DNA from: Candidatus Woesearchaeota archaeon
GTDB taxonomy: Archaea > Nanobdellota > Nanobdellia > Parvarchaeales > Parvarchaeaceae
Assembly (NCBI GenBank): GCA_964405205.1
Contig: CAYOMU010000001.1
Coordinates: 1-42,631 of the forward strand
Direction of reading: 5' to 3'
DNA: 42,631 nucleotides
The notes beneath the pieces are model-generated. The model did not search any database. It was given only the letters and a program-made list of their open reading frames with translations, and was not told where the DNA came from. Positions 1 to 8,202 of this stretch are shown piece by piece (the first letter of the stretch is position 1; each line of letters begins with the position of its first letter). The position numbers were made by a program, and so were the translations under genes.

Positions 1-56
1 AATACACATTGTTTGTAAAATTTAAAAATAGATTTAAAATAAATTTATATTTCAAA

Positions 57-81
57 CGCACACACCTATATTTCTACTGCA
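57..81 (-). repeat. ORB-like box with G/T-rich tail (inverted copy)
   Basis: The reverse complement reads TGCAGTAGAAATATAGGTGTGTGCG. It shares CAGTAGAAAT plus a G-rich extension with the box at 232-257. Confidence 0.55.
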
Positions 82-170
82 AGGTTTATTATTATTAATA
101 ATGAACTTAAGTAAATTTATCTTAATTAGGAATAAATATAAAAATTTTACATGATCATGATCTATTATAA

Positions 171-188
171 TCTCCAGTAGAAATATGG
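171..188 (+). repeat. mini-ORB-like box
   Basis: Sequence is TCTCCAGTAGAAATATGG, with core TCCAGTAGAAAT at 173-184. Confidence 0.55.
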
Positions 189-191
189 TAA

Positions 192-207
192 TCTCCAATA
201 GAAATTC
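192..207 (+). repeat. mini-ORB-like box (one mismatch)
   Basis: Sequence is TCTCCAATAGAAATTC. The core at 194-205 lies 21 bp after the previous core. Confidence 0.5.
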
Positions 208-231
208 AGTTATATACTTATTATTATATAA

Positions 232-257
232 TTCCAGTAGAAATGGAGGGGTGGGTG
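232..257 (+). repeat. ORB-like box with G-string
   Basis: Sequence is TTCCAGTAGAAATGGAGGGGTGGGTG. This closely resembles the TCCAGTGGAAA dyad plus GGGG tail of described archaeal origin recognition boxes. Confidence 0.6.
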
Positions 258-285
258 TTTTTATTTTTATGATGATGAAATAATA

Positions 286-639
286 ATGAACAAAAGCATT
301 TTTTTATTAGGTGCTGTACTTCTCGCTTCGACTGTAGTTATTTTTGCAGCCATTTACAATATTCAAGAGTCTAATAATTTAAAGATGGCACTTGCTATGA
401 ATGCTTTTTGCGAGCAATATGGACAGCAAATAACTAATTCATTTAACAATTCATTAGTAAACAATTCTTTAATGAATAAATTATATAATAACGAAAGTAT
501 TAAAGTATTTTGCTTTTACTCTCCAGAATGTAGCAACTATGGTAATGCCTTGATTAAAAATGTTCCTTCATGTATGTGTAATGTATTAACTAAGAATAAA
601 ATAATCGAAACAAACGTTTGTATAAAAATTGCAGAATGA
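286..639 (+). CDS. Small secreted or membrane-anchored Cys-rich protein, unknown function
   Basis: It has an N-terminal hydrophobic helix (FLLGAVLLASTVVIFAAIY) and 6 Cys in an Asn-rich ectodomain. Its stop overlaps the next ATG (ATGA at 636-639). Confidence 0.5.
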   Translation: MNKSIFLLGAVLLASTVVIFAAIYNIQESNNLKMALAMNAFCEQYGQQITNSFNNSLVNNSLMNKLYNNESIKVFCFYSPECSNYGNALIKNVPSCMCNVLTKNKIIETNVCIKIAE

Positions 640-1670
640 ATTTACGAAGTATAGGTATTTTTACACTTGATTACCCTAATCCTGTAGATTTTCATTGGAC
701 TCAGAATTACAATAATTTTTGTGTTGAAGAGATAAGAAATAATGATATTGCTTCTATAAATAACAATAACACATATTATAGTAATAAAAATGGTGAATAT
801 TTGTACTTTGTTTTAGTGAAGAAAAATTTATCTACAATAAGAGCAATAGATTTGTTATCTAAAAAATTGAGTATTAGTAGGAAAAGATTTAGATACGCTG
901 GTATAAAAGATAAAAATGCCACAACAGCTCAATGGATAAGTGTTTTCGATCCTGATAAGAAAATAGAAGTTGCACTGAAAGAAATAAAATCTACGTTTTT
1001 TAAAATTTATGTAGTTGGTAGAGAAGAAAAGCCCATAAAAATAGGTGATCTTGATGGAAATAGGTTTACAATTAGATTAACTAATTTTACTAAAGCAGAT
1101 AACATTAATGATTTTATTAATTTTGCTAACAAATACGGCATTCGTAATTATTATGGGATGCAGCACTTCGGTAAAGATGCTATCAATCTAAAAATTTCTC
1201 TTTTGTTTGTTAAAGGGATGATAGGATTGGCAGCAAAAGAATTAGAAAATAATAATATCATTCACTTTAGCTCAAAAGATTATAATAAATACATATTACA
1301 ACACAAAGATTTGCTATTATTAATTGTGCAGGCGTATCAGAAATATCTGTTTAACAAGCTTTTATCAAAACAAGATATCTATAAGAAAGATGAATTGCCA
1401 GTCCCTGGCTACGATTTTCTTAATTTCAATTTGAAAGAAGAAGAAACGATAAAGAAAATTCTTGAAGAAGACAATGTTGATTATCATGAATTGTATTTGC
1501 CTTCGATTCCAGATTTAAGTATGCATACTTTTTTCAGGAAAGCAAGATTTTTCCCAAAAAACTTTTCATATTCGAAAGATGATAATGGTATTGTTTTATC
1601 TTTTATTTTGGATAAAGGAAGCTACGCTTCGATTCTAATGGCAGAGTTAACTGGTGGAAAAGTAAATTAG
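636..1670 (+). CDS. truD: tRNA pseudouridine synthase TruD/Pus7 family
   Basis: It carries the GIKDKNATTAQW motif (catalytic Asp of the TruD family) and FCVEE near the N-terminus. The first ATG is at 636; the 618 start in the track is a TTG. Confidence 0.85.
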   Translation: MNLRSIGIFTLDYPNPVDFHWTQNYNNFCVEEIRNNDIASINNNNTYYSNKNGEYLYFVLVKKNLSTIRAIDLLSKKLSISRKRFRYAGIKDKNATTAQWISVFDPDKKIEVALKEIKSTFFKIYVVGREEKPIKIGDLDGNRFTIRLTNFTKADNINDFINFANKYGIRNYYGMQHFGKDAINLKISLLFVKGMIGLAAKELENNNIIHFSSKDYNKYILQHKDLLLLIVQAYQKYLFNKLLSKQDIYKKDELPVPGYDFLNFNLKEEETIKKILEEDNVDYHELYLPSIPDLSMHTFFRKARFFPKNFSYSKDDNGIVLSFILDKGSYASILMAELTGGKVN

Positions 1671-1695
1671 TTCTTTTAGTTTTATACATTATTAT

Positions 1696-2916
1696 ATGAT
1701 CAATATAATCGAATTTATTTTCATCTTAATTGATATTTTTCTACTGTTTTCTTCTATCTTTTGGATGCTTGTTTATTTAAGTGAAAATAAGCCTAAAAGC
1801 AAAAATGTACGAGGAAGCGTTGCGATTCTTATTCCTGCGATTTACGAAGGTAAAGCGCTTGAAAAAACAATAGAGAGAGCAATTAATATTGCATACAAAG
1901 ATAAGCAAGTTTATGTTGTTTTAAATAAAGATTCTACAAAAGATACTATTGAGGCAGCTTATAATTTTAGCGATAAAATAAAAGTAATTCAAGCCCCTTT
2001 TAACGGCAAATCAAAAGTAATGAACTATGCAATAAAGAACTTTATAAAAGAAGACTATGTAATGATCTTAGACGCAGATACAGTCCCAGAAAAGAACATA
2101 ATTTTAGAAGCTTTACCTTTTTTTAATAATAGTAGAGTTGCAAGTGTAGTTTCTTCTGTAAAGGTTCTTAATTATAAAAAATCTGCAATAACTTGGTTTC
2201 AAAAATATGAATACGATTTATCTATATTAGCTAGAGAAGGCTTAGCAAAGATAAATAGCTTAGTTATTGCACACGGTGCAGGTTCTTTTTTTAGAACAAA
2301 CATCTTGAAGAAATTAGGATATTTTGATGAAAACAACTACACTGAAGATCTTGAAATAGGGCTAAGAATTCAAACAAATAATTTTTTAGTCCAAAACGCA
2401 ATAAACGCAGTTACATACACAAGCGTACCATATACGCTTAAGTCTTTATTTAAGCAAAGATTAAGGTGGTATTCAGGCTTTATTGTTAACATATTTAATT
2501 ATAGAAAACGTCTAAGGCACAGCAAAAACGTATCGATGACTTATGTTGGTTTGCCCATGTCCATTTTCTCTGTTATTTTAGCTTCATTTTCTCTTTTTCT
2601 GATTATTCAGGCTATAATAAGTAATTTTTCCTTTATTTACTTTGTTGCTAGAAATCCAGAGATATTGTCATCTTTAATTATAAGCGAAACTAATTTAGTT
2701 ATTGCCCCTACATTTGTAAATTTATTAAGCGTGCTTTCTGCCTTACTTGGATTTTCAGTCCTTATTTTTATGTTATACATTGCAAACAGAAAAATCTCCT
2801 TTATAGATATTATAGGAGTTCTAGCATACGTATTTATTTATAACTATATTTTAACTGCAATATGGATTTATTCAGCTTTTTACATTATAATAAATAGGCA
2901 AGCGGCAAAATGGTAA
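1696..2916 (+). CDS. Processive family-2 glycosyltransferase (PgaC/NodC/chitin-synthase-like), polytopic membrane protein
   Basis: Motifs present are LDADT (DxD), TEDLEIGLR (ED) and QRLRWYSG (QxxRW). There are an N-terminal TM helix and several C-terminal TM helices. Confidence 0.85.
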   Translation: MINIIEFIFILIDIFLLFSSIFWMLVYLSENKPKSKNVRGSVAILIPAIYEGKALEKTIERAINIAYKDKQVYVVLNKDSTKDTIEAAYNFSDKIKVIQAPFNGKSKVMNYAIKNFIKEDYVMILDADTVPEKNIILEALPFFNNSRVASVVSSVKVLNYKKSAITWFQKYEYDLSILAREGLAKINSLVIAHGAGSFFRTNILKKLGYFDENNYTEDLEIGLRIQTNNFLVQNAINAVTYTSVPYTLKSLFKQRLRWYSGFIVNIFNYRKRLRHSKNVSMTYVGLPMSIFSVILASFSLFLIIQAIISNFSFIYFVARNPEILSSLIISETNLVIAPTFVNLLSVLSALLGFSVLIFMLYIANRKISFIDIIGVLAYVFIYNYILTAIWIYSAFYIIINRQAAKW

Positions 2917-3539
2917 AAAAAGAAGATCTTAAGAAATTGCTATTTGAGTCTATTGTTATTTCAGGAATATTGGTAGTACTTGCTTTCTTCCTTGGATTAT
3001 ACGTTTCTTCAGTGTTTTATTCAAAAACTGAAGAGCTTATCTTTACTTTTCAAGAAGATATTGCACAGCTTCAATTTACTTTTTCTTTAAACAAATCTCT
3101 AACAAATTTAACTTGTAATAGCATTAGAGATTCTATATTATTGCTAGGATCAAGCAACAAACAACTAAGTGTCTTATTCTCTAGCAATACTACTTCTAAC
3201 AATGAGCTTATTAATCAGCTTATGTTTATTAGAGTAGAAGAATGGGAGCTAGCTCAAAAATACAACGAAGAATGTAAAGGAAATTTGTCAGCTGTGTTAT
3301 TTTTGTATACAAAGAATTCCTTAAGTTCAAATGAAGAGGGATTAGAACTAAATACTTTATACAACACATATCCTTCAAGAATTATTATAGCTGCTATTAA
3401 TGTAAACAGTACCGCCCCTTTTGTGAAGGAATTAATTCAAAGTTTTAATATATCTAAGTTCCCGGCGGCAATAATAAATAATAAAGTAATAACTGGACTT
3501 CAAAACTATTCTTACTTAAGTAAGTTAATTTTAAGCTAA
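2910..3539 (+). CDS. Single-pass membrane protein, unknown function, coupled to the GT2 gene
   Basis: It overlaps the GT2 stop by 7 nt. One TM helix (IVISGILVVLAFFLGLYV) is followed by an Asn/Ser-rich ectodomain. Confidence 0.5.
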   Translation: MVKKEDLKKLLFESIVISGILVVLAFFLGLYVSSVFYSKTEELIFTFQEDIAQLQFTFSLNKSLTNLTCNSIRDSILLLGSSNKQLSVLFSSNTTSNNELINQLMFIRVEEWELAQKYNEECKGNLSAVLFLYTKNSLSSNEEGLELNTLYNTYPSRIIIAAINVNSTAPFVKELIQSFNISKFPAAIINNKVITGLQNYSYLSKLILS

Positions 3540-5708
3540 TCCTTTTCTCTCTCTTATTTCTTTAACTATTTGTTGATATAATTGTGGAGGTAATTTCTTA
3601 AGCTCTTCTCCTACTAACGAGAACGATCCTCTTCCTTCGCTTGTACTTCTTATTTCATCTGCAAGATTAAATGTTTCCGCTACAGGAATTTTAGCAATTA
3701 TTACAGCATTTCCTAATTCTTCAGTTACACTTTCAACTTCTCCTCTTTTAGACTGAATTAAAGTAGATATTGCACTTATATATGAAGGAGGCACATCTAC
3801 TCTTATTATTTGAATTGGTTCAAGCAACACAGGATCTGCGCTTAAAAATGCTTGAATTATTGCGTCTTTAACAGCAGGAATTACTTGGGCTGGGCCTCGG
3901 TGAATTGCATCTTCGTGTAATATTGCATCATCTAATACAACTTTAACTCCTTCTACTTCTTCTCTGCATTGTGGCCCTCCTGCCATGACTTCTTCAAAAG
4001 CTTGAGCACACATATCTATAACTTCTCCTATATGAAGGATTCCTCTAGTATTGTCAACAAACATGTTATTGTTGTATATATCTACAATTCTTTTAATTTC
4101 ATCATTGCTCATTCCTGCTTCCATTAGTTTTTTCTTTATTGGTTCTGAAAATTCTCTAACTTTGCCTCTAGGTATGTCTTCTTCTCGTAATAATTTAAGT
4201 ACCTCTTCCGATAAGGGCTCAACATGTAAATAGAATTTATTGTGTTTGTTAGGAGATTTTCCTTCAAAGTCTTGGCTCTTTTTACTTATACTTTCTTTAT
4301 AAACTACAATAGGCGGAGAAGTAATCACTGGAATGCCATATTTTCTTTTTAACGCATCCTCAATGATCTCTAGATGAAGAGGACCAAGCCCAGCAACTAA
4401 TATTTGTCCTGTTTGCTGATTAATTTTAACTTTTAATGTTATATCTGAGATAGAAAGATCCCTTAAAGCCTCAGTTAATTTAGGCAAATCTTTTGGATTT
4501 TGTGGTTCAATAGCTTTAACCATTACAGGTTCCAATACGTGTTTTATTGGTTCGAAAGGCTCAACATTTGGAATTGAAGAAATAGTTTCTCCAGCAATTA
4601 CGTTCTTTAATCCAGCAATTCCAATTATATTTCCTGCGATTCCTTCGTCTATAGCAAATTTATGAGGGCCTTTCCAAATATACAGAAGTTGAGCCTTATT
4701 AATTTGTCCTTGATTAACAAGATAAACATCCTGTCCTTTCTTTATTTTTCCAGAGAATACTCTGCAAACTGCAATTTCCCCTGCTTGAGGATCTACTTCT
4801 ATACTAGTAACAGAAATCATTAAAGGACCATTTGGATCGCAAGTAATTAAAGCCTTGCCTATATCTGAGTTCAGATCGCCCTTCCAGATTATAGGAATTC
4901 TGTATTTTTGAGCCTCATAAGGGGGTGGGATGTGTTGTATTACCATTTCTAACAACGTTTTATAAACAGGGCTCTTCTTCGATAGTTCTCTTATTTTTTC
5001 TTGGTCTAAATTTCTATAAGCATCATAAACCTGTTGAAAACCAACACCAGTTTCTTTTATGCTTTTGATGGAAATCGCCCAATTGTCTCTTGATGCACCG
5101 AAAGCAACACTATTATTTTGCACGTTTACTTGCCATTTTTCTTTGAATTCATCTCTTGCGAAAGTTTTAATCAATACATTAATTTGTCCAATAATTTTTG
5201 CTAGCCAATCTTGCATTGCTTTTGGATCTAATTTTAACTCAGTTACTAATCTATCTATTTTGTTTATGTAAAGAATAGGCCTCACATTATTTTGCAGGGC
5301 TTGCTTTAATGTCATCTCTGTTTGTGGTCTTGCACCTTCTACTGCGTCTACAACTACAATAGCTCCATCTATTGCTCTTATGGCTCTTGTTACATGACCG
5401 CCAAAATCTACATGTCCTGGAGTATCAATAAGATTAATTAAGTACTCATCGCCTTCACTACGCGTATAAACCATGTTTACATTAGATGCTTTTACTGTCA
5501 TTTGTCTCTCTTGTTCAATTTCTTCGGAATCTAAAACTAAGACTTTTCCTGCTTTTTCCTCAGAAAGCATGCCACATCCAGCTAAAAGACCATCTGCAGT
5601 AGTAGTTTTTCCATGATCCACATGCGCTATTATGCCTATATTTCTAATTCTTTCCGGTATTTTCATTAAGCGCGTTACCTTTTCGGTCAAACTTTCTTTT
5701 TCGGGCAT
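3531..5708 (-). CDS. fusA: Translation elongation factor 2 (aEF-2)
   Basis: It has AHVDHGKTT and DTPGHVDF G-domain motifs and is 725 aa. The domain IV motif HEDAIHRGPAQ contains the diphthamide-target His (His603, codon 3900-3902). Confidence 0.97.
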   Translation of the reverse strand: MPEKESLTEKVTRLMKIPERIRNIGIIAHVDHGKTTTADGLLAGCGMLSEEKAGKVLVLDSEEIEQERQMTVKASNVNMVYTRSEGDEYLINLIDTPGHVDFGGHVTRAIRAIDGAIVVVDAVEGARPQTEMTLKQALQNNVRPILYINKIDRLVTELKLDPKAMQDWLAKIIGQINVLIKTFARDEFKEKWQVNVQNNSVAFGASRDNWAISIKSIKETGVGFQQVYDAYRNLDQEKIRELSKKSPVYKTLLEMVIQHIPPPYEAQKYRIPIIWKGDLNSDIGKALITCDPNGPLMISVTSIEVDPQAGEIAVCRVFSGKIKKGQDVYLVNQGQINKAQLLYIWKGPHKFAIDEGIAGNIIGIAGLKNVIAGETISSIPNVEPFEPIKHVLEPVMVKAIEPQNPKDLPKLTEALRDLSISDITLKVKINQQTGQILVAGLGPLHLEIIEDALKRKYGIPVITSPPIVVYKESISKKSQDFEGKSPNKHNKFYLHVEPLSEEVLKLLREEDIPRGKVREFSEPIKKKLMEAGMSNDEIKRIVDIYNNNMFVDNTRGILHIGEVIDMCAQAFEEVMAGGPQCREEVEGVKVVLDDAILHEDAIHRGPAQVIPAVKDAIIQAFLSADPVLLEPIQIIRVDVPPSYISAISTLIQSKRGEVESVTEELGNAVIIAKIPVAETFNLADEIRSTSEGRGSFSLVGEELKKLPPQLYQQIVKEIRERKGLA

Positions 5709-5737
5709 AGTTTATATCTACAAAAGGTATTAATAAA

Positions 5738-6175
5738 ATGTTTTTATTAAATAAAAATACTTATAGAATCAATATGGTTGTTGTTGACGGCGAATTTTCG
5801 CCCCTAGGAAGATTAGCATCTTTTGTAGCAAAGAAAGCTAGAGAAGGAGAAAACGTTATAGTGATAAATGCTGACAAGATAGTTATTAAGAAAAATAAGC
5901 AAGAAGCAATTAAGATATACTTAGAAAAAAAGAGCAAAGGTTCGAATACTAAAGGTCCTTTCTTTCCTATAAACACAAAAGGTATTGTTCTTAGAGCAAT
6001 AAGAGGTATGATAAATAATAAAAGGTATCTTGGAAGAGTAGCATTTAAGAGAATAGAAGTTTACGAGGGTGTTCCTGATAATATCAAAGAGCAAGCAATT
6101 AAATTATATAAAGAAGCTCCTAAAGTAAAGTATATAACAGTTAAAGAATTAGTAAAGCTGCTTAACCATGAATAA
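5738..6175 (+). CDS. rpl13: 50S ribosomal protein L13 (uL13)
   Basis: The sequence VVVDGEFSPLGRLASFVAKKAREGENVIVINADK is typical of uL13. An alternative ATG lies at 5774. Confidence 0.9.
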   Translation: MFLLNKNTYRINMVVVDGEFSPLGRLASFVAKKAREGENVIVINADKIVIKKNKQEAIKIYLEKKSKGSNTKGPFFPINTKGIVLRAIRGMINNKRYLGRVAFKRIEVYEGVPDNIKEQAIKLYKEAPKVKYITVKELVKLLNHE

Positions 6176-6563
6176 ATCAAATATCGTGAGAGGAAATAGA
6201 AAAAGAGCAAAGGCAGTTGTAAAAATAGTAGAAGGAAAAGGAAATGTTATTGTTAATAAAAAACTATTAGATGCGTATAATAACGAATTATTTAAATACG
6301 AAATATTGGAGCCGATAATAATTGCTGGGGAAATAGGGCAAAAGTACGATTATTATGTTTCTGTCCGTGGTGGAGGAATTATGGGACAAAGCAGAGCTAT
6401 AAGAAGCGCAATTGCGAAAGCGCTTGTAGAGAAAGAAAGTAGCTTAAAGCAAAAATTCCTAGCAATCGATAGAACTTTACTTGTTGATGATAGAAGAATT
6501 ACTGAACCTCAGAAACCTTACCGTAGCGCTGCTAGGGCATTGAAGCAAACTAGCTATAGATGA
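6168..6563 (+). CDS. rps9: 30S ribosomal protein S9 (uS9)
   Basis: It contains VRGGGIMGQSRAIRSAIAKAL and a basic C-terminus. It follows L13 in the conserved order with an 8-nt overlap. Confidence 0.92.
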   Translation: MNKSNIVRGNRKRAKAVVKIVEGKGNVIVNKKLLDAYNNELFKYEILEPIIIAGEIGQKYDYYVSVRGGGIMGQSRAIRSAIAKALVEKESSLKQKFLAIDRTLLVDDRRITEPQKPYRSAARALKQTSYR

Positions 6564-7018
6564 AAACAGCACAAGACTTAGAGAATTTTATAAAAATCAA
6601 TAATGTTAATGCTAAAGTCATTTGCGGTGCCGATTTTTCTTCTTCAGAAAAAGCAGCAGGATCTCTAGGCTTAAAGCCACATAATATTTTAAAAACAATA
6701 ATTCTGCATTCTTCCAAAGGTTTTTTATTTGTTTATGAAAGAGGAGATCGTAGAATTTCTTTTTCTAAACTCAATTCGTTAGGCTTTGAAAATCTAAGAC
6801 TTGCTCATGATGATGAAATAATTAAGATATCGGGATATCAAAAAGGCGGGGTGCCTCCTATAGACCTGCCAAAAGATGTTATAAAAATTTTAGATAAATC
6901 CTTTGATCTTGATGAAAAAGTTTACGCTGGTGGTGGGCAAAGTGATTGCACACTTGAAATTTTCGTAAAAGAAATTGTTAGGTTATACGACCCATTAGTT
7001 CAAGATATAAGTCAATAG
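6560..7018 (+). CDS. YbaK/ProX-family aminoacyl-tRNA deacylase (trans-editing domain)
   Basis: It has ILKTIIL (conserved Lys) and GYQKGGVPPI (the GG-x-x-P loop). Length is 152 aa, and it forms an ATGA overlap with rps9. Confidence 0.75.
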   Translation: MKTAQDLENFIKINNVNAKVICGADFSSSEKAAGSLGLKPHNILKTIILHSSKGFLFVYERGDRRISFSKLNSLGFENLRLAHDDEIIKISGYQKGGVPPIDLPKDVIKILDKSFDLDEKVYAGGGQSDCTLEIFVKEIVRLYDPLVQDISQ

Positions 7019-7539
7019 AATTCCTCCTTAATATTGTCAATTTTATTTTGATACCTGAATAACACAAAGAGAAGAGAAGATAGACGATTTAAATACTTAA
7101 CAATAGTTTGCTCTTTTATTTCACATTTTATTACCTCTCTTTCTGCTTCTCTTGCCTTAGTTCTACAAACATTTATTAATGTAGCAACTTCAGAGCCGTT
7201 TGGAGAAACAAACTTTGGAACAAATTCAATCTTATTTCCAAAATAATCTATTTTTTCTTCCAAGAACTTTATCAAATTATCATTAAATTCTTTGTCTTTA
7301 TTAGTTTTCTCCAAATATCCGCTCAACTTTGCATTTATCAAATATAAATGATATTCTATTTGTTCAAGTACTGATTTTATTTCTTCATCCTTTTCTTTTG
7401 AATTTACTACTCCAATAAATGCACTTAGCTCATCAATTTTGCCAATGGCAGAAACAATTATATCTGATTTTGGAACTCTTTTAGCGTTAATATCTGTGAA
7501 TCCATTATCTCCATTGCCCGTGTAATATTTACTGTTCAT
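7012..7539 (-). CDS. PduO-type ATP:cob(I)alamin adenosyltransferase family protein (COG2096/MMAB-like)
   Basis: The N-terminal YTGNGDNGFTD and IGKIDELSAFIG motifs are present. Confidence 0.8.
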   Translation of the reverse strand: MNSKYYTGNGDNGFTDINAKRVPKSDIIVSAIGKIDELSAFIGVVNSKEKDEEIKSVLEQIEYHLYLINAKLSGYLEKTNKDKEFNDNLIKFLEEKIDYFGNKIEFVPKFVSPNGSEVATLINVCRTKAREAEREVIKCEIKEQTIVKYLNRLSSLLFVLFRYQNKIDNIKEEFY

Positions 7540-7864
7540 TGTCTTCTTTTTCGTTGAGCAAATAATATTTCGCCTTTCTTCTTAAATTATCTAAATAAAT
7601 TCTAAACATGTCGTAGGATAATTTATAAACAACTGTTTTGCCTCTGTGCTCTGAAATTAAGATTTTATTAAACATAGGAGAAATTATTGCGTAAAAGTGC
7701 TTTTTATCTTTTTTATTGTTTAGATCTAAATTAAGCAATTGAGCTACTTTTTCTCTTTCCATCTCGCCATTTTCTCTGAGAGCATTTATTACTTTTTCAG
7801 CCTCATTATAGAGTTTTTTGCTCTTAGGGTGATTTCCGTAAATTAAAAACAACAGATCATCCAT
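7529..7864 (-). CDS. Small putative winged-helix DNA-binding protein
   Basis: The pattern is helix-turn-helix-like (MEREKVAQLLNL) followed by a beta-wing-like HRGKTVVYKLS. It overlaps both neighbouring genes (11 and 8 nt). Confidence 0.45.
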   Translation of the reverse strand: MDDLLFLIYGNHPKSKKLYNEAEKVINALRENGEMEREKVAQLLNLDLNNKKDKKHFYAIISPMFNKILISEHRGKTVVYKLSYDMFRIYLDNLRRKAKYYLLNEKEDNEQ

Positions 7865-8162
7865 AACAAGTTGCCACCAGGTTATTGTATTCTATTGTAT
7901 TATTAAATACTAATAAGTTGTTTCCTAATTGTGAGCTAATTTGATTATAAAGATTTTCAATTTCTAGCGCAGAAGGGCTTTTATTCAGTTCTTTATATAG
8001 TAAGCAAAAACTGTTTTTAGCAATCAGAAAACTTTCTAAATTAATGTTATATTTGCTTTGTGTTATTGACTGAGAGTATATAAAATTAGCATAGCTATAT
8101 ATTCCAATTACTGCAAGAATTAATATAGGTAAAATCGCAATCAATATTGCCTGGGATTTCAT
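7857..8162 (-). CDS. Small membrane protein, possibly type IV pilin-like (class III signal peptide)
   Basis: The start is taken at the internal Met (MKSQAILIAILPILILAVIG), because the 8204 start would overlap the divergent KH gene start. A short charged N-terminus, then Q, then about 20 hydrophobic residues resembles prepilin signals. Confidence 0.4.
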   Translation of the reverse strand: MKSQAILIAILPILILAVIGIYSYANFIYSQSITQSKYNINLESFLIAKNSFCLLYKELNKSPSALEIENLYNQISSQLGNNLLVFNNTIEYNNLVATCYG

Positions 8163-8202
8163 AAAGAATAAATATTTTACTAAATAATTATTTAATCGAA
8201 GC

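Larger units (their letters stand above)
57..257. other. Putative replication origin (oriC-like): ORB-like boxes in inverted orientation flanking an AT-rich spacer
   Basis: There are four copies of a (T/G)CCA(G/A)TAGAAAT box, one on the minus strand (57-81) and three on the plus strand (171-188, 192-207, 232-257). The two outer copies carry G-rich tails (245-257 GGAGGGGTGGGTG; revcomp of 57-69 ATAGGTGTGTGCG). The spacer 84-170 is about 15% GC by hand count. Confidence 0.6.

Noticed and set aside
151-162. The tandem CATGATCATGATC palindromic repeat inside the AT-rich spacer could be a separate regulatory element.
   Set aside because: It is too short (two 6-mers) to interpret on its own. It is noted only as part of the candidate origin spacer.
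171-257. The repeated TCCAGTAGAAAT boxes could be the end of a CRISPR array.
   Set aside because: The boxes are only 12-26 nt long and spaced irregularly (21 and 39 bp between cores). One copy is inverted, and there are no spacer-sized unique units or cas genes. The architecture fits origin or protein-binding boxes, not CRISPR.
618-635. Longer N-terminal extensions are given by the ORF track at 618, 13932, 16093, 22098, 31653, 33345, 40716, 8204 and 25098.
   Set aside because: Several of these starts (618, 13932 and 40716 TTG; 16093 GTG) are non-ATG codons inside the upstream gene; the others are in-frame ATGs upstream of the start I chose. They add residues not matching the family N-terminus, or overlap the neighbouring gene or its start. 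An in-frame ATG giving a canonical N-terminus or an ATGA junction is available just downstream.
2910-3539. This membrane protein has a high density of N-x-S/T sequons (7 counted), which could mark a dedicated glycoprotein substrate of the adjacent GT2 or aglH.
   Set aside because: Asn, Ser and Thr are abundant in every protein of this AT-rich genome, so the sequon count is probably compositional. No test was possible here.
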